A stretch of DNA of 64,000 nt from an uncultured Candidatus Saccharibacteria bacterium (GTDB lineage: Bacteria; Patescibacteriota; Minisyncoccia; Minisyncoccales; Staskawiczbacteraceae), in NCBI GenBank assembly GCA_964424305.1, contig CAYRHW010000004.1:9708-73707 (forward strand), read 5' to 3'. How positions within the stretch are numbered: position 1 is the first letter of the stretch; every line of letters starts with the position of its first letter. This document shows, piece after piece, positions 19,575 to 28,733 of the stretch. A program made the position numbers and the translations under genes. Below the pieces are notes generated by a model. That model had not been told where the DNA came from, did not search any database, and saw only the letters and a program-made list of their open reading frames with translations.

Positions 19575-20483
19575 CTATGCCCTGATCTTTTTCTTCCATT
19601 CCTCAAAAGCTACAAAGCCTTGGCTTTGTAAAAATGCGGCCAATTCGTCGATAATTCTTGGCATCGTTGCCCAATCAGCAAAATTTGCAGTTCCGATCTG
19701 AACTGCGTCAGCTCCGCTTTCGATAAAATCCAGAACATCATCAAGGCAGGATATCCCACCCATCCCAATGATTGGAAGGCCGAGTTTCGCTTTATACAAA
19801 TCCGAAACAAGTCTCAAGGCTTGGGGCATGATGCATGGCCCCGAAAGACCACCCTCTATCCACTGGCCTTTATGTGGACCGCCCCTGATCCTTGCCCGCG
19901 CCTTGAAGGTGTTAACGAGCGAAAAGGCATTTGCTCCCGCCTTCACAAGCGCGGTGGCAATTGGCGTTAAGTTTGTAACATTTGGAGTAAGTTTCACTAT
20001 TAATGGCAATAAGGTTGCTGCTCTAACTGCGGAAACAACCTCAGAAGCCAAATCAGGGTCTTGCCCGAAGGCTACGCCACCACTTTTAACGTTGGGGCAG
20101 GAAATATTTACCTCAAGGGCAGATACTCCCACCACTTCGTTAAACATTTTTGCCATGGCTGCATACTCATCGACGCTGCCCCCAGAAATATTGGCAATAA
20201 CAGGAATCCCGAAGCTCCTAGCAATGGGAATCTTCTTTTCAATAACAGCAGCTGCGCCCGGATTCTGCAGACCAATAAAATTGATTATTCCTGCTCGCAC
20301 CTCCAAAATCCTTGGCAAATCGTTGCCACTTTTTGGATATAGCGTCGTGCCCTTGGTGACAACTGCTCCGAGCTTTGAAACGTCGATAATATCACTGACC
20401 TCATCGCCGAAACCGAAAGTGCCAGAAGCTGGCATAATAGGGTTCGGGAACTTGATGCCAGCGATGGTAATTGAGAGATCCAT
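19575..20483 (-). CDS. pyrD: dihydroorotate dehydrogenase (class 1 catalytic subunit)
   Basis: FPNPIMPASGTFGFG, NISCPN and GGI..G.D motifs. AAGGAG lies upstream of the ATG at 20483. Confidence 0.85.
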   Translation of the reverse strand: MDLSITIAGIKFPNPIMPASGTFGFGDEVSDIIDVSKLGAVVTKGTTLYPKSGNDLPRILEVRAGIINFIGLQNPGAAAVIEKKIPIARSFGIPVIANISGGSVDEYAAMAKMFNEVVGVSALEVNISCPNVKSGGVAFGQDPDLASEVVSAVRAATLLPLIVKLTPNVTNLTPIATALVKAGANAFSLVNTFKARARIRGGPHKGQWIEGGLSGPCIMPQALRLVSDLYKAKLGLPIIGMGGISCLDDVLDFIESGADAVQIGTANFADWATMPRIIDELAAFLQSQGFVAFEEWKKKIRA

Positions 20484-20593
20484 CACGCCCGTCTCCTTTA
20501 TGGTTGGTAGTATGGTGTAAAAGCTTTTCTATCTTCAAATTTCAAGGAACAAAAAACTATAGCAGTTTTATACTATAGTTTTCGAGGTTTTTG

Positions 20594-21124
20594 TCAAATT
20601 TCCGTAGCAATGAGAGACTTTTCGTTGATTTCTGGCTTTTCCTTTTCGGGCACTAAAACCAGCATTAATCTTATCATTAAATCCTTCGGATTATTAATCA
20701 TCTGCCCCTCAAAGTCGAACCAAACGTGTAAAAACTTTTTAATTGGTAAAATCCTTTTTCTTACGTAGATCAAAATCTTTTTGAGGGCTGGATCCATTAA
20801 GATTATATTATTCTTTGTTACATCAACTACAACGGAATAGTGCCCCCAGTCATCAAGGAACCAATTTACGATAACTGGGATATCTTTATCTACATGGTCC
20901 TCCAAATCCTTTATAGTAGCGTATTCCTTTTTAATAACCTTGAAGCCGAAGTGGTTTGCGGCTTTAATCATTCCGGCGATGCTGGTGCCATCTTCTAACG
21001 TAGAACCGGCAATCTCAGCAATTTCGTTTTCGGTAGCAACAACACCGTAATAATCCATCACCATTTTTAGAGAAACCGGGCCACATAGGCTTGGTTTTTG
21101 ATAATATTGTTTAAGTTTTATCAT
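20594..21124 (-). CDS. peptidase C39-like (papain-fold) domain protein
   Basis: QKPSLCGPVSLKMV (catalytic Cys context) and WGHYSVV (His context). Confidence 0.6.
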   Translation of the reverse strand: MIKLKQYYQKPSLCGPVSLKMVMDYYGVVATENEIAEIAGSTLEDGTSIAGMIKAANHFGFKVIKKEYATIKDLEDHVDKDIPVIVNWFLDDWGHYSVVVDVTKNNIILMDPALKKILIYVRKRILPIKKFLHVWFDFEGQMINNPKDLMIRLMLVLVPEKEKPEINEKSLIATEI

Positions 21125-21147
21125 ATTTTTAATATTATTTTAAACCT

Positions 21148-21222
21148 TGGTGGGCGCGGAAGGAATCGAACCTTCGACCTCTATCTTATCAGGATAGCGT
21201 TCTGCCACTGAACTACGCGCCC
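21148..21222 (-). tRNA. tRNA-Ile (anticodon GAU), CCA encoded
   Basis: Hand-folded cloverleaf: acceptor GGGCGCG/CGCGCCC, anticodon loop CUGAUAA, T-arm GAAGG-UUCGAUU-CCUUC. Confidence 0.9.
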
Positions 21223-21234
21223 GCAAACAGAATT

Positions 21235-21263
21235 ATTCTAATATTTTATCGAGATAACGTCAA
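21235..21263 (-). promoter_or_regulatory. promoter TTGACG-17nt-TAGAAT for tRNA-Ile
   Basis: On the minus strand the -35 is at 21263-21258 and the -10 at 21240-21235, 12 nt upstream of the tRNA 5' end. Confidence 0.55.
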
Positions 21264-21343
21264 CCTTGTTGACCGGATCAGCTGTTAAGCTAAATGGGGG
21301 CAGGCCTTTCAAAAGTTTCGCCGCCTAGGTGGTTTAGAAGGCC

Positions 21344-21712
21344 TTACGACAATAATTTTTTTATTTTTACAACCCTTACAACAATTGCGCTAATAATTTT
21401 ATAGCCCTCATTGTCGGGCAAGCCATTGGCATGCTCAAGCCACCTTCCTTCAGTATAATTTTTTGCTTTTCCTATTAATTCAAAACCAACACACGCCCTC
21501 TCCCACTCCTTGTTCCAAACAACCAAGGAAACGTTGGCATTAGATTTTAAATTTTTAATAGATTCTTTTATATGCGTGTTGGATATTATAATTTTATCTT
21601 CAACGACCTTAACGCAAGCTACTGCGATATTGTGTGGTTTTCCATTTTTGCCAACAGTGGCGAACCCTATCACATTAGATTCTATAAATTTTTGGAGTCC
21701 GGAGGAGATCAT
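21344..21712 (-). CDS. pyridoxamine 5'-phosphate oxidase-like FMN-binding protein
   Basis: GFATVGKNGKPHNIAV...IIISNTH pattern of the PNPOx-like split barrel. Confidence 0.6.
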   Translation of the reverse strand: MISSGLQKFIESNVIGFATVGKNGKPHNIAVACVKVVEDKIIISNTHIKESIKNLKSNANVSLVVWNKEWERACVGFELIGKAKNYTEGRWLEHANGLPDNEGYKIISAIVVRVVKIKKLLS

Positions 21713-21806
21713 ACATTTAAAAAATACTTTTAATGCTTATTAATCACCTGGCTATCACATGATGGTTGGGAGTCTGGTATGATATTGGAACCTTTTTAAT
21801 GGAAAG

Positions 21807-22205
21807 TTAGGAAGTTATTTGGGTACAATGCGAACAACGCTTAGCTTCAATTGGAATTTCACTTAAGCATTCGGTACATTTTTTTGTAGTTGGATCTGCT
21901 GGTGGCTCTTTACGAGAACGAGCGATGAGTATATTCATTGGCTTAACCACAAAGAAAAATATGGCACCTGCTACCAATACAAAAGATATTAGAGAATTTA
22001 TAAAATGACCGTACATGAACTTCGAACCATTTATTACAAATGTAAGTGTGCTAAAGTCAGGCAATTTACCAAAAGCCGAAATAATTGGTGTAATAAGATC
22101 ACTTACCAGGGCTGTAACTATGGTACCGAACGCTGCTCCAATAACCACACCAACCGCTAGATCAACCACATTTCCCCTCAATAAAAACTGCTTGAATTCT
22201 TTCAT
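21807..22205 (-). CDS. mscL: large-conductance mechanosensitive channel with C-terminal CxxC...CxxC ribbon
   Basis: FLLRGNVVDLAVGVVIGAAFG motif; C-terminal CTEC...CSHC. Confidence 0.9.
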   Translation of the reverse strand: MKEFKQFLLRGNVVDLAVGVVIGAAFGTIVTALVSDLITPIISAFGKLPDFSTLTFVINGSKFMYGHFINSLISFVLVAGAIFFFVVKPMNILIARSRKEPPADPTTKKCTECLSEIPIEAKRCSHCTQITS

Positions 22206-22243
22206 AAAATTTTATTTAATAATATTGTTTTTTAAAAAAAATA

Positions 22244-22348
22244 TTAAACCTTTGATCCAATAAATAAACCTAAAAAGAATACCGCAACAAAAAGTATAAT
22301 TGCAATTATTTGAGAAAATTTAGTTACTTTTTTCCATTCAATTTTCAT
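22244..22348 (-). CDS. possible 34-aa single-TM peptide
   Basis: An internal Met of the listed ORF gives MKIEWKKVTKFSQIIAIILFVAVFFLGLFIGSKV. The upstream part of the listed ORF is the tRNA-Gln gene. Confidence 0.3.
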   Translation of the reverse strand: MKIEWKKVTKFSQIIAIILFVAVFFLGLFIGSKV

Positions 22349-22369
22349 ATTTATATTATAGCAAACTTG

Positions 22370-22440
22370 TTGCGGGACTTGGACTCGAACCAAGATACCA
22401 TCCTCCAGAGGGATGTGTCCTACCATTAGACGATCCCGCA
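22370..22440 (-). tRNA. tRNA-Gln (anticodon CUG)
   Basis: Hand-folded: acceptor UGCGGGA/UCCCGCA, anticodon loop CUCUGGA, T-arm CUUGG-UUCGAGU-CCAAG. Confidence 0.85.
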
Positions 22441-22462
22441 ATTACCCTACTGATCCCCCAAT

Positions 22463-23374
22463 TTACACTTTTAGATAGCTTTTAACAAGTATGAAGCTGG
22501 CCAAGGCGCCGAAAACAACCCCAAACCCCAATTGGATAAGAAGGATTACTCCGATATTGGCAAAGAAATAATGGATTAGGCTAAATCCCCCAACCAACAT
22601 GGCTACATCGGGCGATGCCAGATAAATTGCTATGCCAGAAACCAATATACAAATTAAAAAAGCAGCTAACCCGCATATCGCCCCCTGTATGATAAAGGGC
22701 CCTCGTATAAACCAATTTGAAGCTCCGACTAATTTCATTGCAACGATCTCCTCCTTTGAGTTATCAATGGCTAATTTTATGGTATTGAATACTACCAATA
22801 TCGCGATCAGAAATAACACGCCGCCCAGGATTAGCCCAAACTTATTAACGCTCGAAGTAATTTTGAAAACTTTTTCGATGGTATCTCTTTTTTGGGAGTA
22901 ATCTACTTTTTCAATATATTTGCTATCTGGCCCAGTTGTTAAAAACCCAGTTACTTTCTCATATTGCAAAGGATCTTCAGTTTTAATATTTAAGGCCGAT
23001 AGAAATGGATTTCCACCCACCTCCTCTAAGGCTTTTATAAAATCTGGATCATCTTTGTGGCGATCGGTAAACTCTTGCAGGGCTTGTTCTTTGGAAATAT
23101 ACTGGACATTCTTAATTTCTGAAGAAAGATTCAAAAGATCATTCTTAACAGCCAGGACTTCTTCTTCTGTTGCCTCTGATTTAAAATATGCGGTAACATC
23201 AATCTTTTCTTCTACCTGAGAAATTACGTGCTTTGAGACTCCCTGGAATAAGAATAATGTTGTGGCTAATAAAATTGGGATGACCAAGATAAAAATTGCC
23301 GCGAAACTATTCCCCTTGCTTCTCGTAAAATCTACCCACGCAAATTTTAAAATTCTTTTAAAATTATTAAACAT
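22463..23374 (-). CDS. ftsX: cell division ABC transporter permease FtsX
   Basis: Four-TM FtsX topology, downstream of ftsE. Confidence 0.8.
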   Translation of the reverse strand: MFNNFKRILKFAWVDFTRSKGNSFAAIFILVIPILLATTLFLFQGVSKHVISQVEEKIDVTAYFKSEATEEEVLAVKNDLLNLSSEIKNVQYISKEQALQEFTDRHKDDPDFIKALEEVGGNPFLSALNIKTEDPLQYEKVTGFLTTGPDSKYIEKVDYSQKRDTIEKVFKITSSVNKFGLILGGVLFLIAILVVFNTIKLAIDNSKEEIVAMKLVGASNWFIRGPFIIQGAICGLAAFLICILVSGIAIYLASPDVAMLVGGFSLIHYFFANIGVILLIQLGFGVVFGALASFILVKSYLKV

Positions 23375-23382
23375 ATTTTTAA

Positions 23383-24063
23383 TTAAAGTATAAATTTACC
23401 CTCTAACTCATCTCTCACTATTTTCCCGTTCTCAAGGGTTATGACCCGTCTGTTAAGCTTATTAATAATCTCTTTATCATGGCTTGCTAAAATGACCGTC
23501 TTACCAGCTTCATTAATTTTTTTAAGCAATGCTACTATTTCATATGAGTTATATGGATCTAAATTCCCCGTAGGTTCGTCAGCAATAACAACGTCAGGCT
23601 TATTAACGATGGCTCGGGCTACCGCAAGCCGCTGTTGTTCGCCACCAGATAATTGATTCGGGAAGTTATTAGTCTTTTCCGACAATCCAATAACCTCGAG
23701 AACAAGTTTTACCTCTTCGGCGATCTTTTCATCCTTCTCCCCCCTTACGGCCATAACATAGGCAATATTTTCGTAAACCGTCTTGTTGGCCAGTAATTTA
23801 TAATCCTGATAAACGACCCCGATTTTCTGCCTCAAATCCTGAAGCTTCTCGTGTCGGGTATGAAGAATGTTTACATCATTAAAAAAGATTTCCCCAGAGG
23901 TGGGCTCTTCTAGGCCCAATAACATACGAATTAAGGTGGTTTTCCCTGCACCAGATTTTCCAACAATTGAAACAAACTCTCCAAGCTTTATCTCAAAAGA
24001 TACATTATCTAAAACAACGGCGCCCGATGGATAGCTTTTTGTTACATTGACGAATTTAATCAT
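23383..24063 (-). CDS. ftsE: cell division ATP-binding protein FtsE
   Basis: Walker A GKSGAGKTT and LSGGEQQR signature. Confidence 0.85.
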   Translation of the reverse strand: MIKFVNVTKSYPSGAVVLDNVSFEIKLGEFVSIVGKSGAGKTTLIRMLLGLEEPTSGEIFFNDVNILHTRHEKLQDLRQKIGVVYQDYKLLANKTVYENIAYVMAVRGEKDEKIAEEVKLVLEVIGLSEKTNNFPNQLSGGEQQRLAVARAIVNKPDVVIADEPTGNLDPYNSYEIVALLKKINEAGKTVILASHDKEIINKLNRRVITLENGKIVRDELEGKFIL

Positions 24064-25166
24064 TATTTTTCAATTTTATTTCCGCCTCAATAAAATCCTC
24101 TAAATCCCCGTCTAATATTTTATCGGGGTCAGAGCTCTCAATGTTCGTCCGTAAATCCTTAACCATTTTATAAGGGTGCAAGACATATGACCTAATTTGA
24201 TTCCCCCAGGAAGCCGACACCCTATCCCCTTTTATCTCTTTCATCTCCTTTTTATTCTCTGATTCCCTGAACTGGGAAATTTTGGCGTATAAAATTTTCA
24301 TCGCATTCTCGCGATTTTGCCCCTGTAACCTTTCTGATTGCGAAGCAACAACGATTCCAGTTGGTAGATGTGTAATTCTGATAGCGCTTTCGCGCTTATT
24401 AACATATTGCCCTCCGGGACCGGACGCATGGAATGTGTCAACCCTTAAATCCTCCGGTTTAATTTCGACCTCTTCCACATCGTCTTCGTTTAACTCTGGC
24501 AAAATATCTATTAGGGCGAAAGACGTGTGGCGCAACTTCTGGGCATTAAATGGCGAAATTCTAACTAACCGATGAACCCCTGTCTCTTTTTTTAAATAAC
24601 CATAGGCATATTGGCCCTTAATTTCTACGGTTGCTGACTTTATTCCAATGCGCCCATCTGGCCCACCCCCCTCCCCAAATGATTGGTGTAAAATTTTTGT
24701 GGAAAACCCTTTAATCGTACAATATCTTTCATACATTCTTAGTAGCATTGTCGCCCAGTCTTGAGCATCCACCCCCCCGGCCCCAGAAAATATTTCCATA
24801 ATTGCGTTGTTCCTGTCGTATTTATCTGATAAAAATGCTTTTATTTCCTCTCTCCTAATCTTCTTTTCTGTTTCTTGATTTCTTTTTATAACATCGCTAA
24901 TTAAACTCTGGTCTTTTTCACTTAGACTGTCTAGCTCCCTAAGGTCGCTTACTTCTTTTTTTAATTCTTCTATTGTTAAAATCCTCTCTTTTATTTCGGA
25001 TATTTTCCTGCTAACTTTTGTTGCGTTGTCGCGATCCGACCAAAAATTTTCTGACTGAGACTTTTTCTCCAAATCAGCTAACTCCTTTTCACTCTTTTTA
25101 ATATCAAAGACGGTCCATCAGTTGATGGACCCTATCCTCAAGACTTTCTATGGTAGATTCTGTCAT
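24056..25166 (-). CDS. prfB: peptide chain release factor 2, programmed +1 frameshift
   Basis: ORF1 from the ATG at 25166 gives MTESTIESLEDRVHQLMDRL and then TGA. A +1 shift at CUU UGA continues DIKKSEKELADLEKKSQSENFW into the listed ORF. SPF and GGQ motifs are present. Confidence 0.9.
25104..25109 (-). promoter_or_regulatory. RF2 autoregulatory +1 frameshift site CUU UGA
   Basis: On the minus strand CTT is at 25109-25107 and TGA at 25106-25104. Confidence 0.85.
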
Positions 25167-25262
25167 ATTGACTCCATCAACAATGGCATTAATTATTTTC
25201 TTTTATTTTACTAAAAAAACACGGCCACGACAAGACCCCAGGAAATTGAGTATTTAATAATT

Positions 25263-25625
25263 TTACTTCTTACTAACTCCTAGCCTAGATAGTTTAATGA
25301 TATGTGCCAACACAGAGATACATACAGCAACAATCGTCGCTGAACCCAGGAAAAAACTAACTTCTGTAAATCCAAGAAAAAGCAAAACATCGCTAATAAT
25401 CGCGACGCAACCCAATACAATTATAAGCCTAGTGGCTGGAGATGGGAAATAATTGGATAGTAGCGGCGTTAAAAAAAGGAGCCCTACAATTAACAGCGCG
25501 AAAGATAATGTAAAATTATTTAAATTATGGATGATTGGCCAATTAAATGATATATAGTCGAAAACACCCAGAATAACCACTGAGATTACTAAAGAAACGA
25601 TATTCAGAGTTAATTTACTGTTCAT
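25263..25625 (-). CDS. four-TM membrane protein, unknown function
   Basis: Hydrophobic ORF. Confidence 0.45.
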   Translation of the reverse strand: MNSKLTLNIVSLVISVVILGVFDYISFNWPIIHNLNNFTLSFALLIVGLLFLTPLLSNYFPSPATRLIIVLGCVAIISDVLLFLGFTEVSFFLGSATIVAVCISVLAHIIKLSRLGVSKK

Positions 25626-25681
25626 ATTTATATGTGATTATTACTATAATTTATTATATAAATTATTGATTATAAAAGCAA

Positions 25682-25753
25682 AGCCGAGAAGAGGAGTCGA
25701 ACCTCCAACCTACGGTTTACGATACCGTTGCTCTGCCATTGAGCTATCTCGGC
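25682..25753 (-). tRNA. tRNA-Thr (anticodon CGU)
   Basis: Hand-folded: acceptor GCCGAGA/UCUCGGC, anticodon loop AUCGUAA. Confidence 0.85.
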
Positions 25754-25804
25754 ACATTGATTAAACTTGTCTCTTAATCAACAATTTAATCTATTTTAAT
25801 TCCA

Positions 25805-25875
25805 AGCGGGTAACGAGAATCGAACTCGTGTCCTATCCTTGGGAAGGATACGTTCTACCATTGAACCATACCCGC
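25805..25875 (-). tRNA. tRNA-Gly (anticodon CCC)
   Basis: Hand-folded: acceptor GCGGGUA/UACCCGC, anticodon loop UUCCCAA, T-arm ACGAG-UUCGAUU-CUCGU. Confidence 0.85.
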
Positions 25876-25880
25876 AAAAT

Positions 25881-26297
25881 CTAGAATTTACTCTTTAACC
25901 AATCCCACCTACTAACTACCCAACTCCACCAATTTTTGGGATGCCAATAATTTACCTGCTCATCTTGTTCTTGATAATCGGGAGGTAAGATAAATCCCGT
26001 TACCTTTTCCCCCTCTTTCTGAAGGTTTAATTCCTCTCTAGCAATTTTTTCAACATACTCCGGATCTCCAACTTTTTCAATCCCCTCTTTTAGTTCAATG
26101 TTTTTCTTCTCAAAGTCATCGATCTCCCTTTTCATGGATGCTATTTGCTCATCTAATCTATCCTTTTTATGGCTTATTTTTATGCTTGATATTGTAAGAT
26201 AAATTATGACGACTAGGATAAGAACGATTGCGACGATACCCAAAAGATTGATGGCAACGAAAACCCCCTTTTTTCTTTTCTCAAACTTTGCTATCAT
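25881..26297 (-). CDS. FtsB/DivIC-like septum formation initiator
   Basis: TM helix, coiled coil, and an IAREELNLQKEGEKV block. Confidence 0.6.
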   Translation of the reverse strand: MIAKFEKRKKGVFVAINLLGIVAIVLILVVIIYLTISSIKISHKKDRLDEQIASMKREIDDFEKKNIELKEGIEKVGDPEYVEKIAREELNLQKEGEKVTGFILPPDYQEQDEQVNYWHPKNWWSWVVSRWDWLKSKF

Positions 26298-26325
26298 TTA
26301 ATAAATAATTAAACTATTATTTTAT

Positions 26326-26424
26326 ATGAAGTCAAAAAAACTTTTTAGGATTGTGTGGATTATCCTGATATCAATGGTGACCCTAAGTATGGTTCTCTGG
26401 CTATTCCCTGCCGCCTGGAGATAG
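26326..26424 (+). CDS. possible 32-aa TM peptide
   Basis: Not in the ORF track. Translates as MKSKKLFRIVWIILISMVTLSMVLWLFPAAWR and is followed by the bidirectional hairpin at 26447-26463. Confidence 0.3.
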   Translation: MKSKKLFRIVWIILISMVTLSMVLWLFPAAWR

Positions 26425-26440
26425 AGGAAGAAAATGGTTA

Positions 26441-26470
26441 AAAAGTACCCCGCATTGCGGGGTCTTTTAT
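26441..26470. terminator. bidirectional intrinsic terminator
   Basis: ACCCCGCauuGCGGGGU flanked by A- and T-tracts. Confidence 0.65.
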
Positions 26471-26474
26471 TATT

Positions 26475-26999
26475 TTAGAATGTCTCTATGTTTCTTATCC
26501 CTTTCTCAAAAATAGCTAAAACTTTCTGTGTGTCGTCTTTAGTTATTTTATAATTTGGATCGTAGGCAACCATGTTTCTTATTTTATGAACCCCTAAAAT
26601 TTCTTCTATATTGGGCAATTGAACTTTTTCTACCTCTCTCACCCTTTCATCGAAAGTTTTCCCGGGGAAACCCTTATCGGCTAAAACTTCGTTAAATAAT
26701 TCCTCTGCCTCCAAAACTGCGAGCTTGTATTCGTATTCCGTGCCAGTTTCAACCCTTTTTTGAATTACTTTCCACCGTCTGGCTATTCTCCTAAGGCCAG
26801 GTGGCTCCATGTTAAAAAAATCCACCACATCCCCTATAAACTCGTACCGTAGGAAACTACTATTGAAAACAAAATACATAATAAGAGTAAAGGAAGCAAG
26901 AGCAAAAAAAATAAAAACCACTTTTGCTGGGAAAAGCTCATTCTGCAACGATTGGGAGGTTATTACAGAAATAAATTCGTTAACTATTGAACCTGTCAT
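26475..26999 (-). CDS. membrane-anchored hypothetical protein
   Basis: ORF with one TM segment; no recognised motif. Confidence 0.45.
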   Translation of the reverse strand: MTGSIVNEFISVITSQSLQNELFPAKVVFIFFALASFTLIMYFVFNSSFLRYEFIGDVVDFFNMEPPGLRRIARRWKVIQKRVETGTEYEYKLAVLEAEELFNEVLADKGFPGKTFDERVREVEKVQLPNIEEILGVHKIRNMVAYDPNYKITKDDTQKVLAIFEKGIRNIETF

Positions 27000-27016
27000 A
27001 TTACTTTATTATCCTA

Positions 27017-28438
27017 CTATGCGACTAACTTTTCAATAACGGACGCAATTTGTAGGATTTTATCCTCCTCAAAGTGTTTTCCAATAATTTGCAGGCCCAC
27101 CGGCAACCCTTGGGACTTACCACAGGGGATAGAAATTGCCGGTAATCCAGCTAAATTAACTGCTATTGTAAAAATATCCGAAAGATACATGGACAGTGGG
27201 TCATTTATTCTCTCTCCAATTTTGAAGGCTGTTACGGGCGAAACTGGAGCTAGAATCAAGTCTATCTTTTCAAATGCTTTCCTAAAATCTTCTTTCACTA
27301 AACCTCTAACTGCCTGGGCCTTTAGATAATAGGCGTCGTAATAGCCAGAGGATAGACTATAGGTACCCAACATGATCCTTCTTTTAACTTCTCTGCCGAA
27401 ACCCTCTCCCCTTGTTTGCAGATATACATCTAACAATTTTTCTTGCTGGTTTTTCGATAATCCATACTTAATACCATCGTACCTGGCAAGGTTAGCACTT
27501 GCTTCTGAGGTGGCGATGATATAATAGGTAGCTAGCGCATATTCTGTATGAGGCAAAGATATTTCTTGTACCTCTATCCCCTGCTCTTCAATCTTCTTAA
27601 CCGCATCTCTCACGGCCTTTTCAACACCAGGCTCCATTCCTTTCACAAAATATTCTTTGGGAATCCCAATTCTTAATTTTTTTTCCTCTATTTTAATTTC
27701 CGGTGATTTGGCTATGTGCGAGGTTGCATCCATACTATCGTGGCCAGAGATTACATTAAAAATAGTCTTTACGTCTTCAACTGTTTTAGCCATGGGACCG
27801 ATTTGATCCAAGGAAGAAGCAAAGGCCATCAGCCCATACCGGGAAACCGATCCATAGGTAGGTTTTAACCCGACTATCCCACAAAAGGAAGCCGGTTGAC
27901 GGATAGACCCACCCGTATCAGATCCCAATGAATAACATGCCTCGTTAGCCGCCACGGCCGCTGCTGAACCCCCAGAACTCCCCCCGGGGACCCTATCTAG
28001 GTCAATCGGATTCCTTGTTATCTTGTATGCCGAATTCTCCGTTGAGCCCCCCATGGCAAACTCGTCTAGGTTTGTTTTTCCCAATATTACCGCCCCTTGT
28101 TCTTTCATCTTCCTTATCACCGTTGCGTCATAGGGAGCGATGTAATTTTCTAATATTCTCGAGCCAGCCGTACACCTTATGCCCTCAACTAAAATGGCGT
28201 CTTTAATGGCACACGGGACACCAGCTAGGGCTGGGATATCTTTTCCGGATGCAATTAATTGATCTACCTTTTCTGCTTGAGCCAATGCAAATTCCGGCGT
28301 AACACTCAAAAAAGCCGAGATGGATTTATCCACTTTCTCTATTTGTCCAAGGTATTCCCTTGTAACCTCAACGGAAGAGAAATCTTTCTTTAGAAGACCC
28401 TGATGGATTTTATTAATTGTTAAACTATTAATATCCAT
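27017..28438 (-). CDS. gatA: Glu/Asp-tRNA amidotransferase subunit A
   Basis: Amidase signature [12 protein letters not shown]. Confidence 0.9.
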   Translation of the reverse strand: MDINSLTINKIHQGLLKKDFSSVEVTREYLGQIEKVDKSISAFLSVTPEFALAQAEKVDQLIASGKDIPALAGVPCAIKDAILVEGIRCTAGSRILENYIAPYDATVIRKMKEQGAVILGKTNLDEFAMGGSTENSAYKITRNPIDLDRVPGGSSGGSAAAVAANEACYSLGSDTGGSIRQPASFCGIVGLKPTYGSVSRYGLMAFASSLDQIGPMAKTVEDVKTIFNVISGHDSMDATSHIAKSPEIKIEEKKLRIGIPKEYFVKGMEPGVEKAVRDAVKKIEEQGIEVQEISLPHTEYALATYYIIATSEASANLARYDGIKYGLSKNQQEKLLDVYLQTRGEGFGREVKRRIMLGTYSLSSGYYDAYYLKAQAVRGLVKEDFRKAFEKIDLILAPVSPVTAFKIGERINDPLSMYLSDIFTIAVNLAGLPAISIPCGKSQGLPVGLQIIGKHFEEDKILQIASVIEKLVA

Positions 28439-28722
28439 TAATCTAAAATTGTTTTAACTTTGACATACCTCTCTTTCCTCTCCGGGATTTCTTTGATTAA
28501 TTTTTCTACCGTCTCTGCTGGTTGATTTTTTGACGTATCTATACGCAAAATCTCCTCGGTTAAACTAGTCGAAGTAATTTTTGATTTGCCAGTTACTTTT
28601 TTTAATAGATTGAAATAGTCAAGAATACTAGACAGATCTTTTTGCATTCCTAAAACCTCCTCGTCGGTGAGTTTTAATCTTGCAAGCTTCGCAATTCTTT
28701 CTACTTCTTCTTTTTCTATCAT
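28438..28722 (-). CDS. gatC: Glu/Asp-tRNA amidotransferase subunit C
   Basis: 94 aa, [13 protein letters not shown] motif, overlaps the gatA start. Confidence 0.85.
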   Translation of the reverse strand: MIEKEEVERIAKLARLKLTDEEVLGMQKDLSSILDYFNLLKKVTGKSKITSTSLTEEILRIDTSKNQPAETVEKLIKEIPERKERYVKVKTILD

Positions 28723-28733
28723 AGTATTGCTAT

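Noticed and set aside
17996-20520. Alternative-frame or antisense ORFs in the pyr block (17996-18493, 18542-18730, 18921-19130, 19118-19480, 19768-20520 and others)
   Set aside because: They overlap the clearly recognisable pyrD, pyrF and PRTase frames. Long shadow ORFs are expected in higher-GC DNA.
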